Assembly: GCA_903877385.1 (NCBI GenBank)
Contig: CAIRDP010000023.1
Location: forward strand, 3,723 to 67,722
Direction of reading: 5' to 3'
DNA from: an uncultured Bacteroidales bacterium
GTDB taxonomy: Bacteria > Bacteroidota > Bacteroidia > Bacteroidales > FEN-979
DNA length: 64,000 nt
The notes under the pieces are model-generated. The model was not told the origin of the DNA, did no database searches, and saw only the letters and a list, made by a program, of their open reading frames with translations. Position 1 is the stretch's first letter. The number at the start of each line of letters is the position of its first letter. The translations under genes were made by a program, and so were the position numbers. Of this stretch, positions 62,096 to 64,000 are shown in pieces.

Positions 62096-64000
62096 ATGGG
62101 GCCGGCCCGGAAAAAGGCAGGGATACCGGGTTCAGCAGTATTGTTTACTATTCTTACCCTTGTTTTTATTATCCTTTGCATCCCGGCCAGGCCTCAGGCC
62201 GTAAGCAATTATGCGAGGGATGCCCAGACCAGCATCCGCAACGGGCAGTTTGTAGAAGCCCTGAAGACCCTGAACCTCGCCATTCAAACCGACCCTACGG
62301 TGCCCGAATTATTTTACATGAGGGGATATGTAAAGTTCAGCCTTGACGACTACATAGGGGCTGAGCAGGATTTCAGCAAATCGATAAGCCTGTTCCCTTA
62401 CCTTCCCGATGTTTATGTGAACAGGGCCCAGGTAAGGAGCCAGCAGCAGAATTATAACGGGGCGCTTGAAGACCTCTCGACAGCGTCGAAGATCGACAGC
62501 ACCAATGCCGAGATATTTTTCACCCTTGCCAGGATCAAGCTTTACCTGAAGAAATACTATGCCTGTCTTGCCGATTGCAACCGGGCCATCAAGCTGAAAT
62601 GCGAGAATGAATCGGTTTACATCATAAAAGGAGCAGCTGAGCTGGGGATAGACCGTTTTGATGCGGCCGTGGAGGACCTGAAGAAGTCCATAGAGATAAA
62701 TCCTTCGAACATTTACGCATACATACAATTAGGGACGGGATGGAGCGACAAGTCGAAATATGATTCGGCACTGGTATATTTCGACAAGGCCATCGAACTT
62801 GACAGCAACAATATTTTCGCTCTTTTCGACCGGTCCATCACCCTGATCAAGAAGAAGGACAACAAGGCCGGGCTTGCCGACCTGGGGAAGATCATCCGCC
62901 TTTCGCCTTACAATTCCTATGCTTATTTCAACAGGGCCATTCTGTATAACGATATGGGCGACAGGAAATCGGCCATCGGTGATTTCGACAAGGTGATCAA
63001 GCTCAATCCCAAGAACATCGTAAGTTATTATTACAGGGGGCTGATGAAGATGCAGGAGAACGATTCCAAGGGGGCCCTTGAGGATATGGACAAGACCGTG
63101 GAGCTACTGCCCGATTATGCCGATGCCTGGTATGCCAGGTACGAGATCAAGCTGAAGTTAAAGGATATGGCCGGGGCCCAGAAAGACTACAAGATGGCGA
63201 TGGATATTGCAAAGAAAAACAATCTTTCGACCGACAGCCTCACGACCAGGAAGAAGGACTTTTTACAGAGCCTGGTCAAGCTGAGCGGGGATTTCGAGGA
63301 GATGAACACCAACAACAGCAAGTTCCAGAACCAGGCTGTGGACATCCAGCTCATGCCCATGTTCAAGCTTTTCCAGGGGAAGGCCGGGTACAATGTGATC
63401 GATCTTTACGACACCTATCACAAGGGCCATTATTATACCGGGATACTCTCGCTTACCATTCATCCGTTCCTGATCAGTGATTCGCTTTGCAACAAGCAGC
63501 TTGAGCAGCAGAATGTGAAGGTGAATACCGGGGCCGAGCTGGCCGACGCTTATTTGCAGAGGGCCGTGGCGTATTCAGGTATAAGGAAATACAATGATGC
63601 GTTCGCCGATTACGCTGCGTCGGAAGAACTCGACTCATTATATGCCCTCCCTTATTTCTGCAGGGCGATCACCCGTTACGACCTCATCCAGCTTATCAGC
63701 ACCCTTGATAATTACGACCAGCAGATCACCATAGTAAAATCCAAAACAAAGACCAGGGAGCAATACACCACCACCGAGCTGGAGCACACCTACGATGCGG
63801 TAGTTTGTGATTTTGAGAGTGCTATCAAGATCGATCCCGGGTTTTTCTTTGCTTATTACAACCGCGGCATTGTTTACTGCAAGATGGGCAATTACCACCG
63901 GGCCCTGGAGGATTTCAGCAAAGCCATCTCCCTGCGTAAAAACTTCGCAGAAGCCTTATTCAACCGTGGCCTCGTCCAGATCATGCTCGACGATTCCCAG
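62096..64000 (+). CDS. TPR-repeat protein, 3' end outside the window (absent from the ORF track because it has no stop)
   Basis: Hand translation is open from ATG 62039/62096 to nt 64000. Signal/TM MGPARKKAGIPGSAVLFTILTLVFIILC, then many A-x-x-D-[FL]-x-K-A-I-x-L-[DN]P TPR units. Confidence 0.75.
   Translation, partial: MGPARKKAGIPGSAVLFTILTLVFIILCIPARPQAVSNYARDAQTSIRNGQFVEALKTLNLAIQTDPTVPELFYMRGYVKFSLDDYIGAEQDFSKSISLFPYLPDVYVNRAQVRSQQQNYNGALEDLSTASKIDSTNAEIFFTLARIKLYLKKYYACLADCNRAIKLKCENESVYIIKGAAELGIDRFDAAVEDLKKSIEINPSNIYAYIQLGTGWSDKSKYDSALVYFDKAIELDSNNIFALFDRSITLIKKKDNKAGLADLGKIIRLSPYNSYAYFNRAILYNDMGDRKSAIGDFDKVIKLNPKNIVSYYYRGLMKMQENDSKGALEDMDKTVELLPDYADAWYARYEIKLKLKDMAGAQKDYKMAMDIAKKNNLSTDSLTTRKKDFLQSLVKLSGDFEEMNTNNSKFQNQAVDIQLMPMFKLFQGKAGYNVIDLYDTYHKGHYYTGILSLTIHPFLISDSLCNKQLEQQNVKVNTGAELADAYLQRAVAYSGIRKYNDAFADYAASEELDSLYALPYFCRAITRYDLIQLISTLDNYDQQITIVKSKTKTREQYTTTELEHTYDAVVCDFESAIKIDPGFFFAYYNRGIVYCKMGNYHRALEDFSKAISLRKNFAEALFNRGLVQIMLDDSQ

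Noticed and set aside
62309-63898. Minus-strand ORFs (60-139 aa) listed in the track for the last 1.7 kb.
   Set aside because: The plus strand is open from 62,039 to the window end and encodes regular TPR units. It is missing from the track only because it has no stop codon in the window.

Overview
This 64-kb segment reads like a Bacteroidota chromosome: it has a T9SS C-terminal sorting domain, TTTG/TAnnTTTG promoter boxes, and GH2/GH35/BNR glycan genes. It splits into two very different parts.

(1) nt 1 to ~33,900 is visibly AT-rich and mostly minus-strand coded. It is a mosaic accessory/mobile region containing, in order:
- a tyrosine integrase truncated by the left window edge, an XRE regulator and a RadC/JAB protein
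- an operon of zinc-ribbon membrane proteins
- a DUF2130 protein and three tandem paralogous ~130-aa genes
- a 1620-aa DUF4011-type SF1 helicase fused to a PD-(D/E)xK nuclease and a GreA-C-like domain
- an intact IS4-family IS
- a highly divergent stand-alone family-A (Pol I-like) polymerase gene followed by a candidate R-S-ExE ART-like gene and a 2-TM protein
- a DUF5131/Gp37-Gp68 three-Cys protein
- a C5 DNA methyltransferase with a frameshifted neighbour
- an excisionase-type HTH with 12-bp iterons
- an AT-hook protein, a serine recombinase, and a wHTH + nucleoside-2-deoxyribosyltransferase/TIR-like protein

(2) nt ~34,000-36,860 is transitional: a cation:proton antiporter, a hypothetical gene and tRNA-Pro(CGG).

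(3) nt 36,900-64,000 is GC-richer core:
- cytidylate-kinase-like protein, ABC-2 exporter and a RelA/SpoT homolog
- a leucine-catabolism (liu-like) cluster
- GH35, MFS, GH2, mscL, a BNR/T9SS protein and a TPR protein
- two families of short intergenic repeats

I saw no rRNA, CRISPR array or reverse transcriptase. The best candidates for something new are the PolA-like/ART-like module (19.6-23.6 kb) and the helicase-nuclease / triplicated-paralog / DUF2130 locus (8.8-16.5 kb). All functional calls come from reading motifs by eye; no searches or computations were run.
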